64,000 nucleotides of DNA, taken from IMG/VR virus record IMGVR_UViG_2921643360_000001, positions 1-64,000 of that record; one strand, written 5' to 3'. The notes beneath the pieces are model-generated. The model saw nothing but the letters and a program-made list of their open reading frames with translations, ran no database searches and was not told the origin of the DNA. Positions within the stretch are counted from its first letter, which is position 1. Every line of letters begins with the position of its first letter. Of this stretch, positions 26,318 to 34,387 are shown piece by piece. The stretch is from a virus. Made by a program: the position numbers and the translations under genes.

Positions 26318-26432
26318 AAGTGTTGTCCTCGCGTGCGCATAGCACACCATAGCGCGTAGGACAACGAAATTTATGATACTATTAGTAGGTTAACAAGCGT
26401 TGTTTTCCACAATAGATTGTGCGGGGTTCAAG

Positions 26433-26831
26433 ATGACGCAAGAACAATCCGATGAAGTTGAGCATTTGCTGAGAACATGGTTTGAGTGGCAATGTCGCCA
26501 GTCCATCGCCATGCACGCGAAGATGTATTACCGCCCTGCCGATTCTATGGGTCGCCAATCGATCACGAATCGCACGTGCGAAGAGGACGATGAAGTCGCG
26601 TATCAATGGGCGGACGATCAGCAATCGGAGCAAGTCCAACTCTGCGTCGACGAACTCACGATCGACCAGCGAGCGGCGATATCAACATCGATGCGTAATA
26701 AGGCTAGCGACGCGTCAGTGTGGAGATCAGTGCGCGTTGGCGATCAGCACGCCGTCTATCAGTCGGCAAAGTCTGACCTTATCCCGATGCTGGCTGCGCG
26801 GCACCTTATTCGGATGGAGATGGCGGTATGA
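26433..26831 (+). CDS. hypothetical protein
   Basis: 132 aa; first gene after an AT-rich promoter-like island. Confidence 0.45.
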   Translation: MTQEQSDEVEHLLRTWFEWQCRQSIAMHAKMYYRPADSMGRQSITNRTCEEDDEVAYQWADDQQSEQVQLCVDELTIDQRAAISTSMRNKASDASVWRSVRVGDQHAVYQSAKSDLIPMLAARHLIRMEMAV

Positions 26832-27553
26832 GCTTCGTTCAACGCTTCGAGCGCAACAAGGTCGGTAGGGACTTCGCAGTTGGCGACATTCACGGCCATT
26901 TCCGCGCGCTCTGGACTGTTCTGGGAAGCATTGGCTTCGACCGAGAGAAAGACCGCCTGTTTAGCGTTGGCGATCTGGTCGACCGTGGGCCCGATTCGGA
27001 GATGGCTCTGGATTGGATCGACGAACCGTGGTTCCATGCCGTGCGCGGCAATCACGAGGATATGGCTATTCGCTGGCCCAGCGGCAACATGGATGCGGCG
27101 CACTATGCGGCCAATGGCGGAGGCTGGAATGTGTCGAACCCTCGCCATGCGCAGTTAGCGTTCTCGTGGGCGTTCAACGCCCTGCCAATCGCCATCGAGG
27201 TAGAGACGGAGGACGGAAAGGTCGGCATCGTGCATGCGGACTGCCCTTTCCCGACGTGGCGCGATTTCGTTGTGTCGCTGGATGACGCCAGCATGTCGAA
27301 CAAGATGCGCAAGGCGGTATTCGAGGCGGCGCTCTGGTCGCGTGAGCGGATTCAGGATGAGGACCGCTCCGGCGTGCCGGACATTCGCGCGCTGATTGTC
27401 GGTCATACGCCGCTCAAGAAACCCGCCGTGCTTGGCAATGTGCATTACATCGACACTGGCGGCTGGTTCCGTGACGGCTATTTCACGCTAATCAATCTGG
27501 CAACGCTGGAGACGATCCCGCCGATGCCTGAGCAATTGGATTGTGCGGCTTGA
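26828..27553 (+). CDS. Ser/Thr protein phosphatase (lambda PPase / NinI-like metallophosphoesterase)
   Basis: GDIHG, GDLVDRGP and GNHE motifs. Confidence 0.85.
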   Translation: MSFVQRFERNKVGRDFAVGDIHGHFRALWTVLGSIGFDREKDRLFSVGDLVDRGPDSEMALDWIDEPWFHAVRGNHEDMAIRWPSGNMDAAHYAANGGGWNVSNPRHAQLAFSWAFNALPIAIEVETEDGKVGIVHADCPFPTWRDFVVSLDDASMSNKMRKAVFEAALWSRERIQDEDRSGVPDIRALIVGHTPLKKPAVLGNVHYIDTGGWFRDGYFTLINLATLETIPPMPEQLDCAA

Positions 27554-27630
27554 AAAATATTTGAGAAAAGTGCTTGCGCAACGATTCTAGCTGTGGCATT
27601 GTTCGGGGTAGGGGCCTTGCGCCCAAATCA

Positions 27631-27663
27631 GCCCGATCCAGCGAAAGCCGGTCGGGCTTTTTC
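27631..27663 (+). terminator. rho-independent terminator
   Basis: GCCCGA-N15-TCGGGC hairpin followed by TTTTT. Confidence 0.65.
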
Positions 27664-27665
27664 AT

Positions 27666-27902
27666 TTGGTCTCCGTGATGCGCTCAACTGCCCTTCCCTC
27701 TAGTCACTACCGCGACCCGATGGAGGTCGCTATTGCGAATCAGGAGCGCGAAGCCAGAGAGAAGCGCCGAGCCGAAGAGAAGCCCCGACGTCCAATCCTG
27801 ACATTGAAGGAATCGGATGCCGAGAAAGCGAAGCGCTCTCGCGCCGCGCGAGAGGCAGCCGAAGAATTATTCGAAATCCCGCCGCGACTCGGAAGGTCAT
27901 GA
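27666..27902 (+). CDS. hypothetical small protein
   Basis: 78 aa, Arg/Glu-rich. Confidence 0.3.
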   Translation: MVSVMRSTALPSSHYRDPMEVAIANQEREAREKRRAEEKPRRPILTLKESDAEKAKRSRAAREAAEELFEIPPRLGRS

Positions 27903-27973
27903 GTTGCACCAAGCCCGCAGCAAGCAGCGCAATACTGCTCTCGCCGGTTCGCCGGCCAGAATTCGGAGTGTGA

Positions 27974-28213
27974 ATGACCGTCTACTACCTTGCGCAAGCC
28001 GATAACGGCAGGATCACGCTCGACCGCGAATGCCACGGTAGCCTGATAAAGGCGATCACGGTCAACGATCCGCCCATTATTCGGCGCGAGATTGACGGCG
28101 AGATGGTGGATTGTCCGCAGTATTGGGAAAGCTACGCCGAAGCCCGCCAGCAAGTGAACGCAAGTGAGTTCGATCATGTGCGTGGCGAAGGCTACTTTGC
28201 GAGGAAGCAGTGA
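27974..28213 (+). CDS. hypothetical small protein
   Basis: 79 aa. Confidence 0.35.
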   Translation: MTVYYLAQADNGRITLDRECHGSLIKAITVNDPPIIRREIDGEMVDCPQYWESYAEARQQVNASEFDHVRGEGYFARKQ

Positions 28214-28315
28214 TGGGCTGGAATCCAGTAGCAGCGTGGCTGATGTGGCTCGCGACCTGGAACATGGGTGCAACCCAGATGCTTCTAGACATGGCGGATC
28301 GGATGGAAGGCGACG

Positions 28316-28522
28316 GTGATTGACCGAATTGGCGTAGAGCCGAAAGTCTACCCGCGCGTGCATTGCTCGCCAGACATTCTGGTAGAGCGCTCCGCGACAT
28401 TCTTAACCGCTGGCCAAGTCGTGACAATGATCTGGTCGGAGCGCGATAAGGTTTTCAAGATGCCTGAGCCACGCAGCGAGGCTGTCGAGAAGTTGCGGCG
28501 ACAACTACTGGCGCAACGCTGA
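28316..28522 (+). CDS. hypothetical small protein
   Basis: 68 aa. Confidence 0.35.
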   Translation: MIDRIGVEPKVYPRVHCSPDILVERSATFLTAGQVVTMIWSERDKVFKMPEPRSEAVEKLRRQLLAQR

Positions 28523-29073
28523 GCTTTGTACGACTTTTCACCCGCGTACGCATTTCTCGTACACCACCAGAAACCGTACGCAAAGTTCCGCAGAAAGCCG
28601 GAAGAATGCCGCCAGGCAAGGCTCTGAGCGGGATAGTTCTGATGGAACAGGAATAAAGACGGGGTTGATCGCCCGTCATGCGCCCGATGCGTCGGGGGTC
28701 GCAATGGCAGCAGCCAGGAAGCAAAGGAGTGAAGCCGCTCCGCCCATTGGGTGCCTGGCTAGGGTGTTGCATGGACTGAGTAGTTGCATGCTGCCGGTCG
28801 CTCCACGAAACGGAGTGCTTTCGTTTATGCTGCCCGGTCCGAACTGGCATGGGTAAAGAGTACGGCGCAAAGAACCTTCCAGGAGGGCCGCCGTTAAATC
28901 GCACGTAGCAGCCTACCAAGGCGGCATAAACGAAGGTGAAACAGAGTCAGCAGCGCGCGCCGATAGGCGGGTATATGCCCATGCGGGCTGAGCGTGAATC
29001 CTTCACCCCTCCCCACGACGACACCCTCGTCGCTGCCCGCGCTGATGCGGGCTTTTTTTATTCTGGTGCGACC

Positions 29074-29460
29074 ATGCCGCGCAAACCTAAGACGGCACCG
29101 GTCGAATGGCTTGAGATTCCCGTTTTCCCGATTCCGATTTATGCCGGCAAGGTCCTCTTGTGTGTAACTCGTGATGAATGGTCGAGCGTCGCGCATGCCT
29201 ACGATAGCGACCCGGACACGGACGGATGCAAAGGGCTGGCGATTCGCCACCTGAACGACGACGGACGTACGTATGTGATCGGCGTCTTCGATGGCGCAAC
29301 AGACACGTTTGTCCACGAGCTGGCACACACGGTATTTCATCTGCTGGGCGATGTCGGAATACCGGTTGAATCCGGCGAAGCGAATGAGGCGTTCACATAT
29401 CTGATTGGCTGGCTAATGCGCGAGGTGTTTCCAGTATTCCTCGCCAGAACGAAAACTTAA
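29074..29460 (+). CDS. DUF955 / ImmA-IrrE-like HEXXH metallopeptidase-domain protein
   Basis: VHELAHTVFH motif. Start chosen at MPRKPKT (Met47 of the listed ORF). Confidence 0.4.
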   Translation: MPRKPKTAPVEWLEIPVFPIPIYAGKVLLCVTRDEWSSVAHAYDSDPDTDGCKGLAIRHLNDDGRTYVIGVFDGATDTFVHELAHTVFHLLGDVGIPVESGEANEAFTYLIGWLMREVFPVFLARTKT

Positions 29461-29469
29461 GGGGAAAGC

Positions 29470-30648
29470 ATGCCTATCGCGCGCCAGTACGACGAACGGT
29501 TAAAAGAGTTTGCCGACAGCCGCGAGGCCGAATTCCTCAGTGCTGTGCTGGAGCATGGTTCGCCCAATGCGGCGGCCAAAGCGCTCGGGAAGCATCACAG
29601 CACCGTCATTCGGGCGCTGGACAGTTTAGAAGCGCGCGCCGCACGCATGGGTTATGCGCCGGCCTACGACATGACGCGTCCATGCCCGCCGGGGTTCCGG
29701 TCGCGCGGCACGTCGACACTCGTCAAGGCTGACGGCTCCATTGCCATGCAATGGGTGAAGACGGAAGCCGACAAGTCACAAGACGAAGCGATTCTCCGCG
29801 AGTTTGCCCAATCGCTGGCGGATGGCGTGAAGGGCTTGGCACCGATTACGCCCGCGCCGGCGCACGTTGTTTCCGATCTGCTGTGTGTCTATCCTCAAGG
29901 TGACCCACACGTCGGTTTGCATAGCTGGTGGGCTGAAGCCGGAGAAGACTTCGACCTGAAGATTGCCGAACGCCTGATGTGCGCCGCGGTTGATCGACTC
30001 GTCGCAACCGCGCCAGCAGCCGAAACCGCCCTGCTCCTAAATTTAGGAGATATGTTCCATGCTGACAATCAGAAGAACGAAAGCCAGTCGGGACATAAAT
30101 TAGACGTCGACGGACGCTGGGCAAAGGTTCAGCAGGTAGGATTGCGCGCGATGCTGCACTGTGTGCGCCGCCTGCTTGAAAAGCATAAGCGCGTGATTCT
30201 CCGCATCAACCGCGGCAATCACGACGGCCATTCGTCGTATGCGTTGGCGCTGATGATCTCGTGCTACTTCCACAATGAGCCGCGCGTGGAGGTCGACTTG
30301 TCACCCGCCGTCTGCTGGTATCACCAGTTCGGCGGCAACCTGATTGGATCGACGCACGGCGACACGATCAAAGGCCCGAATCTGCTGCCCGTCATGGCAG
30401 CGGACGTCCCCGAGATGTGGGGCGCAACAAAGCATCGCATGTGGTTCGTGGGTCACGTCCACCATCAGGACATCAAGGAATACCCGGGCGGCACGGTGGA
30501 GTACTTCCGCACGCTGGCCGCTCGTGATGCGTGGCACGCCGGGCAGGGATACCGCGCCGGACGCGACATGCGCCTGATTGTGCTGCACCGTGAGCACGGC
30601 GAGATCGAGCGGCACCGCGCAGACATTGGAATGCTGGAGGCGGCATGA
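29470..30648 (+). CDS. fusion of N-terminal HTH and calcineurin-like metallophosphoesterase (Mre11/SbcD-like)
   Basis: N-terminal HTH (LEHGSPNAAAKALGKHHSTVIRAL). Downstream metallophosphoesterase motifs: GDPHVG, GDMFHAD, NRGNHD, GHVHH. Confidence 0.55.
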   Translation: MPIARQYDERLKEFADSREAEFLSAVLEHGSPNAAAKALGKHHSTVIRALDSLEARAARMGYAPAYDMTRPCPPGFRSRGTSTLVKADGSIAMQWVKTEADKSQDEAILREFAQSLADGVKGLAPITPAPAHVVSDLLCVYPQGDPHVGLHSWWAEAGEDFDLKIAERLMCAAVDRLVATAPAAETALLLNLGDMFHADNQKNESQSGHKLDVDGRWAKVQQVGLRAMLHCVRRLLEKHKRVILRINRGNHDGHSSYALALMISCYFHNEPRVEVDLSPAVCWYHQFGGNLIGSTHGDTIKGPNLLPVMAADVPEMWGATKHRMWFVGHVHHQDIKEYPGGTVEYFRTLAARDAWHAGQGYRAGRDMRLIVLHREHGEIERHRADIGMLEAA

Positions 30649-30959
30649 AAGCGATGACCAGCGGCGAGAAGGTCGCCCAGCTTGAGGCGCGCATTGCAGA
30701 GTTGGAGCGCTTGGTTGGCATTCTGACGCGTGAGCGCGATTCGAAGCCGCCTGCGGTGTACGGACCGCTCGACAGGACGCCAACACTTCCGGGCTGGCCG
30801 ATGGACCCAAAGCCGTTCGAGCCGGTATTCCCGCTGCCGGGAGCCATGCCAACGTGCGGTAAGTGCGGCATTACGCTGTCGCCGGTCATGGGCTATTGCT
30901 GCTCTCGCACTGATTGCCCGTGCGGGCTTGGCGGCGTCACTTGCACGACGACGGCATGA
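30645..30959 (+). CDS. hypothetical protein (coiled coil + Cys-rich C-terminus)
   Basis: 104 aa; LEARIAELERLVGIL followed by CGKCG...CCSRTDCPCG. Confidence 0.4.
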   Translation: MKAMTSGEKVAQLEARIAELERLVGILTRERDSKPPAVYGPLDRTPTLPGWPMDPKPFEPVFPLPGAMPTCGKCGITLSPVMGYCCSRTDCPCGLGGVTCTTTA

Positions 30960-31029
30960 TCACCCCCAACACTCTTTTCCTCGCCTACACCATATTTGTT
31001 GCGTGTTGTGTGATTGTGGCGGGGAGAGG

Positions 31030-31368
31030 TTAAACGCTTCCGGAGCGGCGCACCTTCACATTGATCGTGCGCTTTCCTGATGCGTCGACTGACGTGCTGG
31101 GCCGATCGAACTTTGCCGTGCGAGGGCGCTCCTGATTCAGCGTCTCCGCAGCTTGCGCCAGCGACTCCAGCGCGAACTGTTCCGGGTAAGTCATCTCGAC
31201 GTCAGTAGTCTTGCCGTCGACCTCGCGCGAGCCGGCTATCAGGTAACGCAACCGGCGCTCGCTGATACCGATCGTGGTTGCAATCCAGAACTGAGATTTG
31301 CCGATGCGCTCGACCAGCTTGCGAACGGTTTCGGCGCGCGGGTCGTGGTTGTCTGAGTTAGGTGTCAT
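31030..31368 (-). CDS. HTH DNA-binding regulator (possibly Mor/C-like late activator; low confidence)
   Basis: HTH segment KSQFWIATTIGISERRLRYLIAG. Opposite orientation inside the late region. Confidence 0.5.
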   Translation of the reverse strand: MTPNSDNHDPRAETVRKLVERIGKSQFWIATTIGISERRLRYLIAGSREVDGKTTDVEMTYPEQFALESLAQAAETLNQERPRTAKFDRPSTSVDASGKRTINVKVRRSGSV

Positions 31369-31509
31369 AGCTTGCGGTAGATGATTGCTTCGGGATACGA
31401 GTTACGCAGGCAGCGCAAAGCGCTTTCTACGTCTCGCGGTTTGTTTGAATCGACGGTAATGGTGCAAACCAATTTGCCGTTGAGGAAGGCGCCGTAGGTG
31501 ACCATGGCT
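31369..31509 (-). CDS. 46-aa hypothetical protein (not in ORF track)
   Basis: MVTYGAFLNGKLVCTITVDSNKPRDVESALRCLRNSYPEAIIYRKL. ATGA-coupled between the two flanking minus-strand genes. Confidence 0.3.
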
Positions 31510-31513
31510 CGCC

Positions 31514-31813
31514 TCAAAGAACGATGCTGGAGATTTCTGCTGCGCGCTTCGCGGCGGCGATCGCCTTATCTGCTGCGTGGGCTGCGGCACGTTGTGCATC
31601 GGCGATGAGTTCTTTTGCCTCGGCAACGGTGATCTTCTCGACGCCGTTGTGCGGGACAAACTTGTAGATCTGTGTGCCAGCCTTGTTGACGAGGATGTAT
31701 GCGTCGGGTGCAAAGTCGCCGGGAGTGGCGATTGCAGCCTTTACGGTGAGGCTCAGGAAGCCAACCTTAACGGTTGCGCCGATGGACCAATCTTGCTTGC
31801 TCTTCGTGATCAT
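31514..31813 (-). CDS. hypothetical protein
   Basis: Start chosen at MITKSKQDW. Confidence 0.4.
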   Translation of the reverse strand: MITKSKQDWSIGATVKVGFLSLTVKAAIATPGDFAPDAYILVNKAGTQIYKFVPHNGVEKITVAEAKELIADAQRAAAHAADKAIAAAKRAAEISSIVL

Positions 31814-31871
31814 TTCGTTTCTCCGGGTTCGCCTTCCACGTTGTGTGGCGGCATGTGTGAATCTTAGGTGA

Positions 31872-31938
31872 GGCACACTGTGCCGTCAAGCGTTATTTAG
31901 GATATTTGTGCCTCAGAATAACGAGCGGATACGGCACA
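31872..31938. promoter_or_regulatory. divergent promoter/operator region with GGCACA/TGTGCC repeats
   Basis: 13-bp perfect palindrome GGCACACTGTGCC at 31872-31884, plus TGTGCC at 31907-31912 and GGCACA at 31933-31938. Lies between the minus-strand HTH operon and the TerS-like gene. Confidence 0.5.
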
Positions 31939-31991
31939 CATCGGCAAACACCCTGATTTTCCGGAAACTCCCCCATGAATGAGGTGCAGGT

Positions 31992-32648
31992 ATGGCCCTT
32001 TGCGGAGCCAAAAACCGCAGCGGTCAGCCTTGCAAACGCCACGCAACGGTAGGAGCCAAGCGCTGCAAGTTGCACGGCGGCAACAACAAGCCGGCGAAGA
32101 AGGGTAACGCGTACGCATCCAAGCCTGGTTCGCTCTACAGCAAGTACCTAACCGACGACGAGCGCGCTATTGCCGCGTCGCTTGAACTCGGCGGCGTCGA
32201 CGAAGAGTTGCGCCTTACCCGCATCCGCCTGATGCGCGCCCTGCAGCGTGAGGCCGACAAGGGCGACACACCGGAGCTTGACGAGCAGGTTGAGCGCGAA
32301 GGCGCCGAGAACGTCACGGCCAAGAGCGAGACCAAGTACAAGGTTCGCGACTACGTGACGATGATCGACCGGCTGACGGCTCGCGTCGAGTCCCTGGAGG
32401 CGCGTCGTGCTGTCCTGCTCCAGCAGCAGACGGACATCGAACTGAAGCGCAATGCTGATCGCCGCGCCGAAGAGATGCACGACATCGAGGCGCAGGTTAA
32501 GCGTCTTGATATCCAGCGCAAACAGAAAGAAGCCGCGCTGACGAATGTCGAGATCACGAACAACATCATGCCGGTTCCGACCGCTGACAGCGTCGATAGC
32601 TGGGAGCAGGTTGCATCGGCGCAGCAAGACAAGTCGCTGGGGCGGTAA
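31992..32648 (+). CDS. terminase small subunit-like DNA-packaging protein
   Basis: N-terminal CGAKNRSGQPCKRHA...KRCKLHGG Zn-ribbon motif and a coiled-coil C-terminus. Immediately precedes TerL. Confidence 0.5.
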   Translation: MALCGAKNRSGQPCKRHATVGAKRCKLHGGNNKPAKKGNAYASKPGSLYSKYLTDDERAIAASLELGGVDEELRLTRIRLMRALQREADKGDTPELDEQVEREGAENVTAKSETKYKVRDYVTMIDRLTARVESLEARRAVLLQQQTDIELKRNADRRAEEMHDIEAQVKRLDIQRKQKEAALTNVEITNNIMPVPTADSVDSWEQVASAQQDKSLGR

Positions 32649-34207
32649 TGGCCTACAACGTCGTTTGGAAGCCGCTCCCTGGCTCGCAATCGCTGGCGCT
32701 GTCGTGTCCGTGCAATGAGATCCTGTACGAAGGGACTCGTGGGCCTGGCAAGACGGCTGCTCAGCTTGCCCGATTCCGTCGCAACGTTGGCCGCGGTTAC
32801 GGCTCGTTCTGGCGCGGAATCATCTTCGACATCGAGTATAAGAACCTCGCCGACATCATCACGCAGAGCAAGCGGATGTTTCGCCTGTTCAACGATGGCG
32901 CTCGGTTTCTGTCGTCTGCATCCGAACTGAAGTGGGTTTGGCCCACTGGCGAGGAACTGCTGTTCCGGTTCGCGAAGGACGAGGACAAGTATTGGGACTA
33001 TCACGGGCAGGAATTCCCGTTCATCGGCTTTAACGAGCTGACGAAGCAGACGAGTAGCGCCTTTTACGAGGCGATCATGTCGTGCTTGCGGTCGTCTTTT
33101 AGGCCGCAGGACTATCCGCGCCCAGATGGCTCGCTGTTGCCGAATATCCCGCTTGAGATGTTCAGCACGAGCAACCCGTTTGGCGTCGGACATGCGTGGG
33201 TGAAGAAGCGTTTCATCGAACCAGTGCCGCGCGGTCGCGTTCTGCGTACGAAGCAGGTTGTGTTCAACCCGCAGACGAAGCAGGACGAGGAAATTACCCT
33301 CACTCGCGTGGCGATTCACGGCAGTTACAAGGAAAACCCGTTCCTTGACCCGGTGTACGTCGCGACGCTGATGAATATCCGCGATCCGAACAGGCGCAAG
33401 GCTTGGGTAGAAGGATCGTGGGATGTGACGAGCGGCGGACGGTTCGACCATCTCTGGCGCGAATCGACGCACGTCATCAAGCCGTTTCAGATTCCGGCAT
33501 CGTGGCACGTCGATCGTTCGCACGACTGGGGCGAATCGAAGCCATTTGCCAATCTCTGGTGGGCGGAATCAGATGGTTCGGCTGTCGCGATAAACGGTCG
33601 GCATCGCGTATTCCCCAAGGGGACGCTGTTCCTGATCGGCGAATGGTACGGTTGCCCTCCCGGTGAGTTGAATACTGGCCTGAATATGTCGTCTACGGAC
33701 GTCGCAAAGGGCGTCAGGTGGATCGATGCACGTCTGGCTGGTCAAACTGCGGAGATGCCGGCGAGCTTGAATCAAGGCCAGGTCAATATCATGCCCGGCC
33801 TGTGCTCGAAGGTGGCGCCCGGCCCTGCCGATTCGTCAATCTTCAACACTGGCGACCATGAGTTGTCTATCGCCGAGAAGATGAGAAAGCAGGGCGTGTC
33901 GTGGCGCGAGTCTGACAAGCGTCCTGGCAGCCGCAAAAACGGCGCATCGCTCTTCTGCGACATGCTCGAAGCGGCGCTCAACGGGCAAGTATCCGAATCC
34001 GGCCAGCCGGAGGAGCCCGCTTTCTACGTTTTTGAGCATTGCCGCGGATGGATCAGCCGAATCCCGATTCTGCCGCGCGACTCGAAAGACCCTGACGACG
34101 TCGATACCAGCGCCGAAGACCACGATTGGGACGCGACGCGTTATCGAGTCCTAGTCAAGCGCGGTACTGCATCGCATCAGGCAAGCGTCCCCCACATGCA
34201 CAGGTGA
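32648..34207 (+). CDS. terminase large subunit
   Basis: Walker A YEGTRGPGKT and C-terminal RNaseH-like nuclease motifs (DWG...DHDWDATRY). Confidence 0.9.
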   Translation: MAYNVVWKPLPGSQSLALSCPCNEILYEGTRGPGKTAAQLARFRRNVGRGYGSFWRGIIFDIEYKNLADIITQSKRMFRLFNDGARFLSSASELKWVWPTGEELLFRFAKDEDKYWDYHGQEFPFIGFNELTKQTSSAFYEAIMSCLRSSFRPQDYPRPDGSLLPNIPLEMFSTSNPFGVGHAWVKKRFIEPVPRGRVLRTKQVVFNPQTKQDEEITLTRVAIHGSYKENPFLDPVYVATLMNIRDPNRRKAWVEGSWDVTSGGRFDHLWRESTHVIKPFQIPASWHVDRSHDWGESKPFANLWWAESDGSAVAINGRHRVFPKGTLFLIGEWYGCPPGELNTGLNMSSTDVAKGVRWIDARLAGQTAEMPASLNQGQVNIMPGLCSKVAPGPADSSIFNTGDHELSIAEKMRKQGVSWRESDKRPGSRKNGASLFCDMLEAALNGQVSESGQPEEPAFYVFEHCRGWISRIPILPRDSKDPDDVDTSAEDHDWDATRYRVLVKRGTASHQASVPHMHR

Positions 34208-34210
34208 CAC

Positions 34211-34387
34211 ATGGCAATCAAGATCAATCCCGCGCACAAGGGCGACCTTCACCGCGCGCTGGGCATCCCGCAAGACAAGCCGATTCCGGCGAAGAAACTG
34301 GAGTCGGCAACGAAATCCAGCAACGAACACGTACGCCAGATGGCGGATTTTGCAAAGAACGCACGCGGCTTCAAACACGGAAAGTAA
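34211..34387 (+). CDS. 58-aa basic hypothetical protein
   Basis: Lies between TerL and the portal gene. Confidence 0.3.
   Translation: MAIKINPAHKGDLHRALGIPQDKPIPAKKLESATKSSNEHVRQMADFAKNARGFKHGK

Noticed and set aside
29470-30648. Calling the HTH-metallophosphoesterase protein the terminase small subunit
   Set aside because: A better TerS candidate with an N-terminal Zn ribbon lies directly upstream of TerL at 31992. A complete metallophosphoesterase domain is not a feature of known TerS proteins. Left as an unusual accessory protein.
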